Source: Auanema rhodensis (lineage: Eukaryota; Animalia; Nematoda). From it: a stretch of DNA of 64,000 bases. The stretch spans positions 16,864,001 through 16,928,000 of the forward strand of contig OZ059895.1 in NCBI GenBank assembly GCA_964057225.1. Direction: 5' to 3'. The position numbers and the translations under genes are program-made. Below, piece by piece: positions 53,180 through 64,000 of the stretch. The first letter of the stretch is position 1; each line of letters begins with the position of its first letter. Below the pieces are notes generated by a model. The model was not told where the DNA came from and searched no databases. It saw only the letters and a program-made list of their open reading frames with translations.

Positions 53180-55963
53180 TTAGAATGGTTCTTTGTTATC
53201 ACTGCATATTTGAGATAATTTGCTTGGATGAATGAGAACAGGATCAATGCAACGCTTCAAAGCTGAGGAAAGTGCTTGATCAACCATGGAATTTACAACA
53301 ACTTCATCCGCTACCAAGGGAGCGAGATGTCTTTGCAGGTAGCAGCAGTCAACCTACGAAATCATTGAAATAATCGAATAAGATACAAGTAAAAGTACCT
53401 GAATTTGTTCTACAGCATGCCTTCCATATGTGTATAAACGGATAAATTCTATGAAAGACTTTAAAACTATTTTGACAATAGCAGTAAGCATGGAACCTCG
53501 GTTAAACTGTAAAATAAATTTTCAAGAATATAAGACTTGACATAGAAGAAGCATACATGAACTTGTTGATGGAAGTCTATTCGATCACACCATAAGGAAT
53601 CACGAGGAGCATCTGGTACACGTCGTGAGCGGTTTTCCTTCCTAGAATCACCACCAAATGAGTGGAGAAGCAAACGATCAATTCCATCTAATTCTTCAAC
53701 GATATTCTTAACAATATCTCTGAAAGTTAATAATTATAATGAGATGTCGAAGACATAAAATATACATTACACCAACAGGAGTGGATTGAACGGCAGAATA
53801 ATTACATTGCTTTATTAAGAATTCGCCTAATTCTAATCCTCTTGCATGAGTGAAAGAACGTATTAATGAGTGTCCACAAGATTTTAAAATAGCTGAAGCT
53901 TCCGTAGCATCTGAAACATATACTACTACTTCGTATTGGAAAGTGATTGAACAAACTCGTTACGGATTCATTGCTACTAAGTGCAAATTGTTCTTTGCAC
54001 AAGCTGAGAAGATACAGCGCAGACTTGTTCGATAAGTGATGTAATGTGGTGGCAAAAATCAAAGTTATAACAGAATTGAAATTACTCGCATTATTATCAG
54101 AAACTCCTTAATGAACAAATGATTCAGAAAAGGAATTTTTAAAGATACCTATTGTACCAGCAACATTGGCAAGATCTTTGAAACTTCCAATTAATAGATT
54201 TTCATACACATTCTTAGCGAATTCATTTTGAAATTCATCATGTGGCAATCCGGAAAATGTTACATCACTAGCTATGAATAACAAAAGGTTTGCCAGTGCA
54301 GTCTATAGGTATGTGCATGATTATATAACGAATACAAAACATTTTTGACTAACCTTGACTTGGAAGAGAAAGGCATGTTCTATTTTATTTGCAACTGATT
54401 GAAGATCGAAATCATCGTCTATGGTGCCATCCTTTATCTGCAAAGTGCAAATGAACTACAAAACAATATACTGTAAAATACAATTACTTCTTGAAAAACT
54501 CGAAACATCTCATCCTTAATCCGTTGGCAAGAAATAGAAATTTCATGTTTGGATACCTCCTTGATAAGTGAAACGGAAGAAACTGAGCAATCCAAACCTT
54601 TAAAAACTTTTCAATTCACAAAACGAGAGAGAAAGTTTATAAACAAACCGGGTATTACATGTGGACAAGTAGACATTTTTCGATAATAGCGATCAAGAGC
54701 TCTAACAACTATAGAGCAATCTTTAGGATCAGCTGATGAAAGGAATATACGTTTAACTATTTCATGAAATTCATCTAATTTTACCTAGAAGTTAAAATGA
54801 AAATAAGATTAAATTAGTTTAAATATTAGCTTACAGTTAGCATACTAAGAAGAACATTGTTATCCTCAGGAAATAATTTTTGATGTAAATTAGCAAAAAG
54901 AGTCAAATTTGGTATAAAAGAGCCACAACCTCTTAAATAATAAAATTATTTAATTAATTAATATAATAAACCTATCAATCATATCCAAAACATCAGCAGA
55001 ATAATTTTTCAAATTAGATAAATCATTAGATAAAGAATTTTCAGCAGCATTGAGTAAAAGATGTTGAATCTTAATATGTAAGAATGTTAGTAGAAAAAGT
55101 ATTCGTTTAAAGAAAACCTCAGAAGCATCATTGTCTAACTTCAATAAAAGTTCAACAGCTTCGGCAACAAGCTCCATCTGGTCAGTTTTACCTGATACCA
55201 TTTCACGTAACTGAATTTTTTAAATTCCAAATAAATATTTAAAAATTCAAAAATTACCTCTTGTTGTGTTGATGATATTATTTGTTTCGTTTTTTCCAAA
55301 ATGATTGCAACATTAGAAATATCTTTATATTTTTCTAAAGCCCCCATTGCTAATGTTGAAATTCGAACAATATCAGAAAATCTACGTTCATCATAATAAC
55401 TCTAGAAAATAATTTTAAAAAAAGGAACAGCTGTGAATCAAACTTACAGATAGTACAGTTGGTAAATCGAAAATAAATTGTAAACTTTTAACAACTTTAT
55501 AGGAGCTTCCCAGCTGAGCTAAATCATCACGTTGTCCACTCAAGACACCACCCATTTGATCAATCAATCCGGATATTTGCTTCATACTATTACCTAATGA
55601 ATCCATTTCCTACATAGATAATTTTAAGTTTAAAATGAATTATGAGTAGATGTGTAGGAAACTTACATTATCGAGCAAATTAAATTCATCTTGAATCTTT
55701 CTAACCGTATTAGTAGCGGTTAAAAATTTATTATAATTTTCATAAACAAGCTGATGTATATCTGAATCCAATCTTCGTACCTTCAATGATTTACTAATAA
55801 CATATTTTTAAGAATAATTAAATGAACTTACAGATGTGACCATCTCTTCCTCTTCTTTCACTAGATCATCTAGAGATTTTTCTTTTAATTGTCTTGAAAG
55901 GTATGCATCAACATCAAAGTTAGGGCTTGTGACATTTAGTTTACTGGATTCAGGATTATTCAT
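53180..55963 (-). CDS. vps-51: GARP/EARP complex subunit VPS51 (Ang2/fat-free), multi-exon
   Basis: [22 protein letters not shown]...SLDDLV...[29 protein letters not shown]; C-terminus ...QVDCCYLQ...[13 protein letters not shown]...; ATG directly after TTTTCAG. Confidence 0.92.
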
Positions 55964-55970
55964 CTGAAAA
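55964..55970 (-). promoter_or_regulatory. Trans-splice acceptor TTTTCAG immediately before the vps-51 ATG
   Basis: Plus strand CATCTGAAAA. Similar AG sites lie just before the ATGs of mtk-1 (53005-53010) and fce-1 (47341-47346). Confidence 0.65.
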
Positions 55971-58900
55971 TGTCAGCATAAACAGTATCAATATCTGAAG
56001 CATTAGCATAGTTAGAAAGTAAGCTCTTTTATTGGTATTGGAGCGCATAAAGTTATCCATAGAGCAGACATAAAGAATATAAAATGGTAAAATTAAATAA
56101 ATATTTTATATCAATTGAAGGCCAATTTTCCCATCAACTTTCATTGTATAAATATTATTCAATTTACAATTGTTTGCGGTAAACATTATATTGGAATTCG
56201 AAGGAAATTGAGCAAAAATAAACTCTAATTCTAATGCAAAATGAAATTGTAAAATTAAATAGATTATTTATGTTTTATCAATTCATAATATATACTATAT
56301 CCCTGTTTCGAGATAAATTTAGGTTGTTTCCTACAATACATCCATAAAAGTTCTCATTTAATATAATAATGAGGCGCTAAGTATGACTCCGCATAGCTGA
56401 ATACAACCGAGCTGTGAGTTTGCATGTTTAAAATGGAATCATGTTTGAAATTAATCTGCTGCAAATGGAACAATAACATAATGTTTGCTAATTCAGCATT
56501 TTAATTCAGCATTCCCCAGGAAAACATTGATGTCAAAATTCTAGATTTTTTTAGTTTTAGTCAGTATTTTGTATAATCGATGTCATTTGAAGATGCTTTC
56601 ATCTTTCAGCACATGGCATACTCTTCAACGTTCAAGTCATTGAATTTGATCCCTGATCACGTGTCTTTTTCCTTATTTAGTCATAATCTTAAGCACGTAT
56701 TTTATCCGAAACAATGTGAATGACGAGTAAGGCGTGTAAGGAAAAATCAATTCGTTTGAAGTAGACGGACGTCTTCGGGTAAGAAGAAAGAAGCAAGATG
56801 AGAGTAAAGACGAGTAGCGAGTGAATCTAATAACCTGGACTTGCAATTTCTGAATTGAGTCTGCGCCCCAAAGCAGAATCTGGACAAAGCACCTAATCTA
56901 AGCAATTCTTGTGTTTGAGCTTTTATAGTACGAGGAAAATGGCAATGAATTTACCTTTTATAGAACCCTAAGCACAAAACGGACTTCTTTTCAAAGCTTA
57001 ATCTGTTCGACTTTTCCTGTTTTAAAATTCGTATGAAAGTACGTTTTGAGCTAAAATAAGATTTGTGAGCGTTTAGCGACTTCTAATATTGGATTAGGAG
57101 ATGAAACGTTTTTTAGTTTTTGAACAAAAAAAAATAAAGAGAAAAGCTAAAATAAAGGAAATGAATAAAGCATGACTTGTTGTTTTCTTCTTAAATTACA
57201 ACAAAAAATAAAGGTTTTCTATATTTAGAGGAGATGGTACTGAAAGTAGAGTTGCAGCACCCAAGCAAACATTTAATATTATTTTCTTTACATGTATTCA
57301 CGTCCCTTTCTTCGATTTTTTACCAATTATCCAAGAGAAAACAGAGCTCTAATCAGTGCTTTGGACGAAACAATCATGACAACATTTCTAAAAAATCTTC
57401 TTTTATTTTATTTATTTATTTTAAATTGGAAAAAGTTCCATATTAGGACAGGAATTCCCTCGGATATGCTCATGTATCACAAACACTACACAAGTGAAGT
57501 CCAATAACATAAACAACTATGACTACATAGAAGCAACCAATTCACTAAGATTTTCTGAGATTTTAAAACATCCATTGGTTCCCCCCCACTTCGTTTTCAT
57601 CTCCCTACATCTAACCTCAATATACTAACTCTGAACCATCTCTGCATCTTTGAAATTAGTCTTAAAGCTGACGTCAGTAATTGCAGAATATTCTCAATTG
57701 GACGGATAACACCAGTTGTACTAGTCTACCTGAAACGTTAAAATCACAGAAAATCTAAGAAGTAACATGATTGTAATTATTCGAAGAAAAAAATCTTCGT
57801 CTTGAGGCTTGTGCATATGCTTGTTGTGTTCTAATAAGGAATAGGATCTATATTTCCTCACACAGCTTGTAAAGTTTTTCGAAAAAAAAAAACAATTAAA
57901 ATTGCTCACATTGAAGATTATGAAAAATAAAAAAATTAATAGAAAACAAACAAATTGTCTAAACTATTCATCAATTCGTCAGTACCATAATCTATTCCAT
58001 CCAAACTTTATGAAAACAAAACTTTTAAAATACGCGCATATTTAAATTTTATATTTTTACTTTTTCTCTTCAATCTACTAAGTTATAACACATTTTTGTG
58101 TATCGAAAATCGCTTTGTTTCCTAAAATATAAACAACTGAATGTCTTTATTCAATGCTTCATCTCTGCTTCTCTCGACTTCAATCAACTGTCAGGGGAAA
58201 ATAGAAGATTTACGTCTCATTATGAAATTCATATAATTTTTGACAAATCACCTTCTGAATAAAGTTGAAACATTTGAATGATTTCAGCTTCAAACATGCG
58301 TTCAAGCTTGAATCCGTCATCCTACACATCGATACTATGTTGTTGCTCATTATTGTTGGCGTCTGTTTTCTTCATTTGAATTTAAAGTTTGCATCGAAGA
58401 AACAGCATGAAGAAGAATGTTTCAATAACTAGAAAAAAGGATATTTTGCTCATCTTATCCATCAACAGTATTGAAAAGGGAAAAATTTGTTTCTCCCTCC
58501 CTCCCTTTCTTCTCTTTCTCTTTCTCTTTCGCTCTCCCTCTCTCTATCCCTCCCTTTATCTTTCACTCTCTCTCTCTTTCTATTTTCCATCTATATCTCC
58601 CCATTCCTACAAGATATATTTTTGTATGAAAGTTCAATGAAGGCAAAGCACGAGAACCGAGCATTGCATTCAACACACAATTCCAGCAATTAATTCTATT
58701 GAATATAGCATTGTTTTGCTAGGAGGTCCAGAACATTTGCCTATTTGCTCTCCTTCTTCAATTGCAATTTCATATCCAATTTGTGGTCAGGTTAGATGAG
58801 TCCTGGAGCGCCGTGTTAGGATAGTAGCCGAAGGTCAGCCTCATCTCCTCTCTATCTCTTGCATCCAGGCTCATCCGTGCTCTCATCTCATTCTCTTTCC

Positions 58901-61896
58901 ATTCTCTTCATCTTGACAACGCAATTGCATTCAATTTGCTCAAGTTCACGTTTGTTAAGCTAATGAATTCGATGGACACCGAAGACTACACACAACTTTC
59001 TTGTCCTTCCATTTGTCTTTGACTTCTGAAACCTCAAACACATTGACGTCATACCACGTATTTTCACAAATGTACACATCCACATCCGCTTAGATGAGTT
59101 AAATAGAAATGGCGAGGAATTTTTTTTTTGAATATTTTCTATTTTCTCAGCTTCTTCTCATATTATCTTATGAAAAACACTGACGACATCTGGAAGAAGT
59201 GTCAACAGAATGTGGCACTGAGCTCTTTCTATTGTCGTCAATTTTTCCAGATCGCATCGCAACAAGATACTGTTTCAAGCCGACTCTACAAGTATATTAG
59301 GAAAGTCACAGCACTAACGAAGAGAGATCATCAGTAAAAGTCCTTCTATACATATACTCTCTTCCAGATACTGCGGAGGTCGAGGGATGACACGACGGCA
59401 CCAAAAGCAGCTCCAAAATGGGGTAACATCGGAAAACAGGCCTCTCTTCTGGTCGGATTTTCGGATTTAGTCATTTTTTTAGCTTGCCTAACTAATTCTT
59501 TTCGAGCAATTCCCTCTTTCTTTATTTTACCTTCAATGGCATGTGCTCAGTCTGTAAGTTAATTATAGCCGATGAAGGCACTTGAAGCTCTTGTGAAAAT
59601 TCTGTTGGTCTTCCCAAATATAGCACCACGTTAGAAGCAGTATTTCCATCTCTCCGCCCTCGATCCCTTTTTGCTTTTTCTCTCTATACCACAATCTAAC
59701 TCTCATCTCTAATATCCTTTTACTCTCTATACATCTCTTCTATTTCTCTGTCTCTCTCTCTCTCTTTTTGTCTCTCTCTCTCTCATTCACTTCCCCTTTT
59801 CTCCTTTGAATGAATATTAAACCGACTCTCTATAGAAAACTTCATCTCCCTCGTAGTTTCAAGCGGTCATGTCGACATCTTCTTAAGGTTTTCAATCGTT
59901 TTTCTAATGTTTTAGTGGGGTCACCACTACATGCCGTCTTCCTAACGTAATGTCTCCTAATAAGCTTTGTTCGTTGCCTGACACATCTCTCTGCTCTTAA
60001 GACAATTTCCTCAATTCTGTCAAGCTTTTGGATTCGCTCAAGTCAACGAATGAAGCGTTAAACTTGAGCATCGCTTTAATTGATTAGAAAACAAATTATT
60101 TTTTCACTTTGCCTCAACACATACATATTCGAAATTTATTAACCTATTTATTTCTTCTTTCTTGTTTTCCTCTCGTCTTCTTTCTTCTTTTCAAGGAAAA
60201 TTCTTCCCTCGTTTTCCTCTTTCGCTTCCTCTTACCATCATGGCTCCTCTCTATCCCTGCTGCTGTTGCTACTGCTGTTGCTCTTACTGCTCCATCTCAT
60301 CTTATCTCGTCAATTTATATGAAATTATGTATTTTTTCTTTTTTTAGTTTACTCCCTTATACACAAAAATACTTTATCGTATTCAACTAGCTTAAATCAT
60401 GTAGATGAAGCTAATCTCCAGTATAATGCTATATCAAAACATGTATGAATTCTGATTAATTTGAAGCTCATTAAGCCAACTTTGAAACTTCATTTTATTA
60501 TCCAAGCTAATGCTGCAATACTAATAATGCTTGTCTCAGTGTCTTTGCAACAAGTATTAAGTGTATTTCCATCTGATTCAGGTGACGATGACGTAATGTG
60601 TCAATTGTTTCCAACAAATGGCCATAAATGGTCAGTTATTGCTCAGTATGCTTCTCACTCTTTCACCTTCTCTCTTACTCTCTTTCTCTCTTTTTCCCTC
60701 TTTCCCTTTTTCGTTTCACTTTTATGTCTTCTAACACGACTTCTCCTTCTTCAACATTATATTGCTGTCAGCACTATAACGTCAATCTTCAAGTTAATCT
60801 GACATAAAGAAAGGTACAACGAAATTGTAAACGATTGAAGAAAGTAAAACAATAAAAGTGTTTCAAAACCAGAGAAAAAGATAAATTTATAAGAAAGATA
60901 AGAAGAGAGAGAGAGAGAGAGAGAAGGTTGGATAGGGTGAGAGGGAGTGAAGTAGGAGTTCCAAAAAAAGTTATAGTGTAGTCAACCAGAAAAAAAGGAA
61001 GGAAAATATAATTTTTACTTGCTTATAAACACAAGATTTTTTTCATTTTCTCTCTCAATTTCAACTTCAATTTTGTTTTTTTTTCAACTTTCTTCTGACA
61101 ATTTTTCATGGCTGATGGATATAATCAGGCTCATATGTTTGATTGTTCTTCAGAAACTTAAAATATTCTCTTTTTATCTATTTGAATATACATATCTTTA
61201 AAATTGATTTGAAAAGAAAACATTCCACCAGATGATGATGAATTGTTTATTTCTTATTAAAATATATTGATTATTATATAGTTATAGATGAGATATATAT
61301 AAAGATTGCGTCATGTTTTTGTTGTAATATAAGTTCTTCATCGTCTGTCAGTAGCTTTGTGACTTCAACAGCTTGTCATCTGGCTCCAGCATTGCAGATA
61401 GCCAGATACCTATCTCTTTCGTTCAATCATTTTCATGTCATTTACTTCTCACTTCTCCATCCACCTTACGTTTGAAATTACTCCCCCCCCCCTACCCCTC
61501 TCTCTCTCTATTTCTCTCTATTTCTCTCTACCTCTACAACACACATTAGACACTATCTGCTTAAATGGTAATATCTGATAATGCTTCAGCTTTTACAAGA
61601 TACTCTCGGACTATCTGAATATTCTCACAGTTGCTGCTTCATTCAGCTTATAGCATCGGAAGACTTGATGCATGAGATGCTTGATCTGTCACCCTCGTTT
61701 CCTGCTCCACAAGCCATCTCTATCACCCTTTCTTATTGCCAGCCCCCCTCCCTTTCTCTCCCTTTTCCTATCTCTTTGTCTGTTCTATAAAAGTATCGGT
61801 TCTACCTTTTCCACTCGTAGGCGACTTTTTTTGTTCTTTCTACCCTTTAAATACCTCTTCTACTACGTATTCACTCAATTTTCCTACTCCTTCATT

Positions 61897-61900
<4 letters not shown>

Positions 61901-61972
<72 letters not shown>
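61901..61972 (+). repeat. (CT)n microsatellite, ~72 bp
   Basis: Read directly. Confidence 0.95.
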
Positions 61973-61975
<3 letters not shown>

Positions 61976-62994
61976 CTCCTCTCTTCGTTTTTTCTATTAC
62001 TTTCTATCCCTTATATTTCTTTTCAAACCTATGACTTGTGTTCTTCAAAAGCGTACCAAATCCGGGTGGGAGCTCAAAAATCTGTCTTTTCACGCCATCG
62101 TAGTCCTATCTGTTTTTCTTATTATTCGTATAGTTTGCTGTTGTGTAGCTTTGGCACAATTTAGTCGTGTAAGCTGTTCTACTATATCTTTTTCTCATAC
62201 ACTCCTAGACAAGTGAGTTGAATAAAAGAAAAAAAAAGTCAATTTCTTCACATTTCTACGTCTATCCTACTTATGTATATTCTATATATGAAAGTAGGTG
62301 ATGTGTTATTATTTTTCAATTATATTATTATTGTTTATTATTTATTTATTTATTTCAATTTATAGTTAATATAAAATATTTTTAACTATATACACTACAA
62401 TCTGTCTATATATTCCTTTAAACATTTTCTAAATTAGTCATTAGTTCATTCAATCATAACATCAAGTAACATATCTGTATGTATAGCTTAAAGCCCAAAA
62501 ATGACCTTAGCACTAGCACATACTTACACATAAGCTTGTACTCTTCTATTCAAGTTTTCAAACATCAACAACCTTTTTCTTTTTAAAATTTATGCTTAAA
62601 TTCTCACATTCATAGGTCAGAAAATGTTTGTAGTATTTTGTAATAATCAATTCATATTTTTTACAGTAATTTTCAACAAATTCTTTTTTCTTTCACAACT
62701 TTTTCAAGTTCTTTCATCAAAAAAGTTTGTTATTACCAGACATAACAACCAAAGTTGAAATGAAAGTATGCGTTAACAGCTTTGCTGCCGATCTATGCTG
62801 TATGCTCTACTTCGTTGCTTTCAACAAAACTCACAAGATTGAGCCCGTGCAGCAACAGAAATCGGATTTGACGACAGTACACAGTCAATCTAATTGCGTT
62901 TGTCGGCGATTATTCTTCGTTTTATCATTCTTTTCTTAACTCTTTTTTCTTTTGAATCTTTTTTTTTTCGCGTGTAAAGGAATTATTTGAATTT

Positions 62995-63083
62995 ATTTCA
63001 CGTCATTTCACGTGATATATGATGTACAATTGAATAGTTGTCATTCTTTCATTTTATTCTTAAAATGATATGATGAGCGGTTG
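62995..63083 (-). promoter_or_regulatory. Dispersed module, copy 6
   Basis: Minus strand reads CAACCG...ATCACGTGAAATGACGTGAAAT. Confidence 0.5.
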
Positions 63084-64000
63084 TGTTTTCTATTTTTAAT
63101 TAATTTTATAATCACGTTATCATATTTTCTTCTTTTTTCATAGAACATGCTTGTGTTACTTCTCAATTCCATTTCAACATATATTCTTCAAAGTAAATCA
63201 TGAATATAGTTGTAATATGCATTCTCAAGTATCAGAATGAATTTCCAAAAATCATCATCAGGTAATAGAAATATAGAAATAGTTTAGAGTGTATAAAACA
63301 TAATCCTAACTATTACTGAAAGCTGATAGATGGTTAGGGATAGACTGAGAAGCCAAGATCACAATCAAGGTGTCAGATTGGTACACCAACCTCGATCTCA
63401 ATAGTGTTGAACATCATAGTTTGTAAGAAGGAGCAGTGTAATATGGATTCATGATGCAAAACTTTAAAAATCATTGTTATAGCTCAGTTAGTTTGTCTAT
63501 AATTAGGTTGCCACGCATCTCTTCCTTCTACAACTTTGCAACATCGGCTTCTCATCAGCATCCAACAACTAACCTGATAGTTTCATTAACGAATATTTTG
63601 TATTAGCAGCCACTAATTATAAATCGGATCCATGCAATCTCCAAACTTAAGATATACTATTATGTCCGTATCTCATATTAGTTCTTCTGAATTTTTGATC
63701 CAAAGTTTCTCTTTCTCTCTCTTTCATTATTACTCCACAAGGGGTGTCAGATAACATTGGAGTTGAGAAAGGATGTCTTCAGCAACTTCCTGTCACATAG
63801 CACTAACTCCCCCCTTTCTTTCTCTCTTTCCGTCGCCTTTCTCTCTCTCTCTTCTTGAACATCTTCTCACTTTTTTTCTTCATAATCTTTTTATATTTCA
63901 TAGTGATAATTTGTCCGTTCATTGATTTTCCTATACTTGATGCTTTCATGGAAATTGCAAAAACTTTGTGACATCATTAGTTATCATTCATGTAACTGCT

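Noticed and set aside
45781-54062. Plus-strand ORFs over the gene cluster
   Set aside because: Antisense shadows of fce-1, mtk-1 and vps-51 exons
863-59278. piRNA (21U) cluster from CTGTTTCA Ruby motifs
   Set aside because: Only about four scattered matches (863, 16212 minus, 34997, 59270), near chance level
5080-59491. TTAGGC telomeric hexamers / telomere-addition sites
   Set aside because: Isolated single hexamers with no tandem arrays
1-64000. CRISPR arrays, rRNA, tRNA, prokaryotic systems
   Set aside because: Eukaryotic intron-containing DNA; no repeat-spacer arrays or recognisable structural RNA genes seen

Overview
AT-rich eukaryotic DNA, most likely a rhabditid (clade V) nematode, judged from TTTCAG-type acceptors, 42-55 nt introns and proteins close to C. 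elegans orthologues. It has four zones. (1) 1-39.66 kb is a gene desert full of (AG)n/(CT)n microsatellites, with short GC-richer regulatory-like islands and a dispersed, oriented ~60-95 bp motif (CAACCG...AAATGAATTT...ACGTGAAAT). (2) 39665-45365 is a 5.7-kb palindrome with two apparently identical 2287-bp arms (position x pairs with 85030-x) around a 1127-bp spacer. Each arm holds an intact 3-exon gene for a ~397-aa C2H2-C2H2-WRKY/GCM-like protein that resembles a Mutator (MULE) transposase N-terminus without the DDE domain. The spacer holds a BEL/Pao-type Gag triple zinc-knuckle remnant with an in-frame TGA at a conserved Cys. (3) 45.5-56 kb is a compact minus-strand cluster vps-51 > mtk-1 (MAP3K4) > fce-1 (ZMPSTE24), probably an operon, which runs straight into the right palindrome arm. 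(4) 56-64 kb is non-coding again. Most entries in the ORF track are microsatellite artefacts. All calls were made by eye; no alignments or database searches were run.
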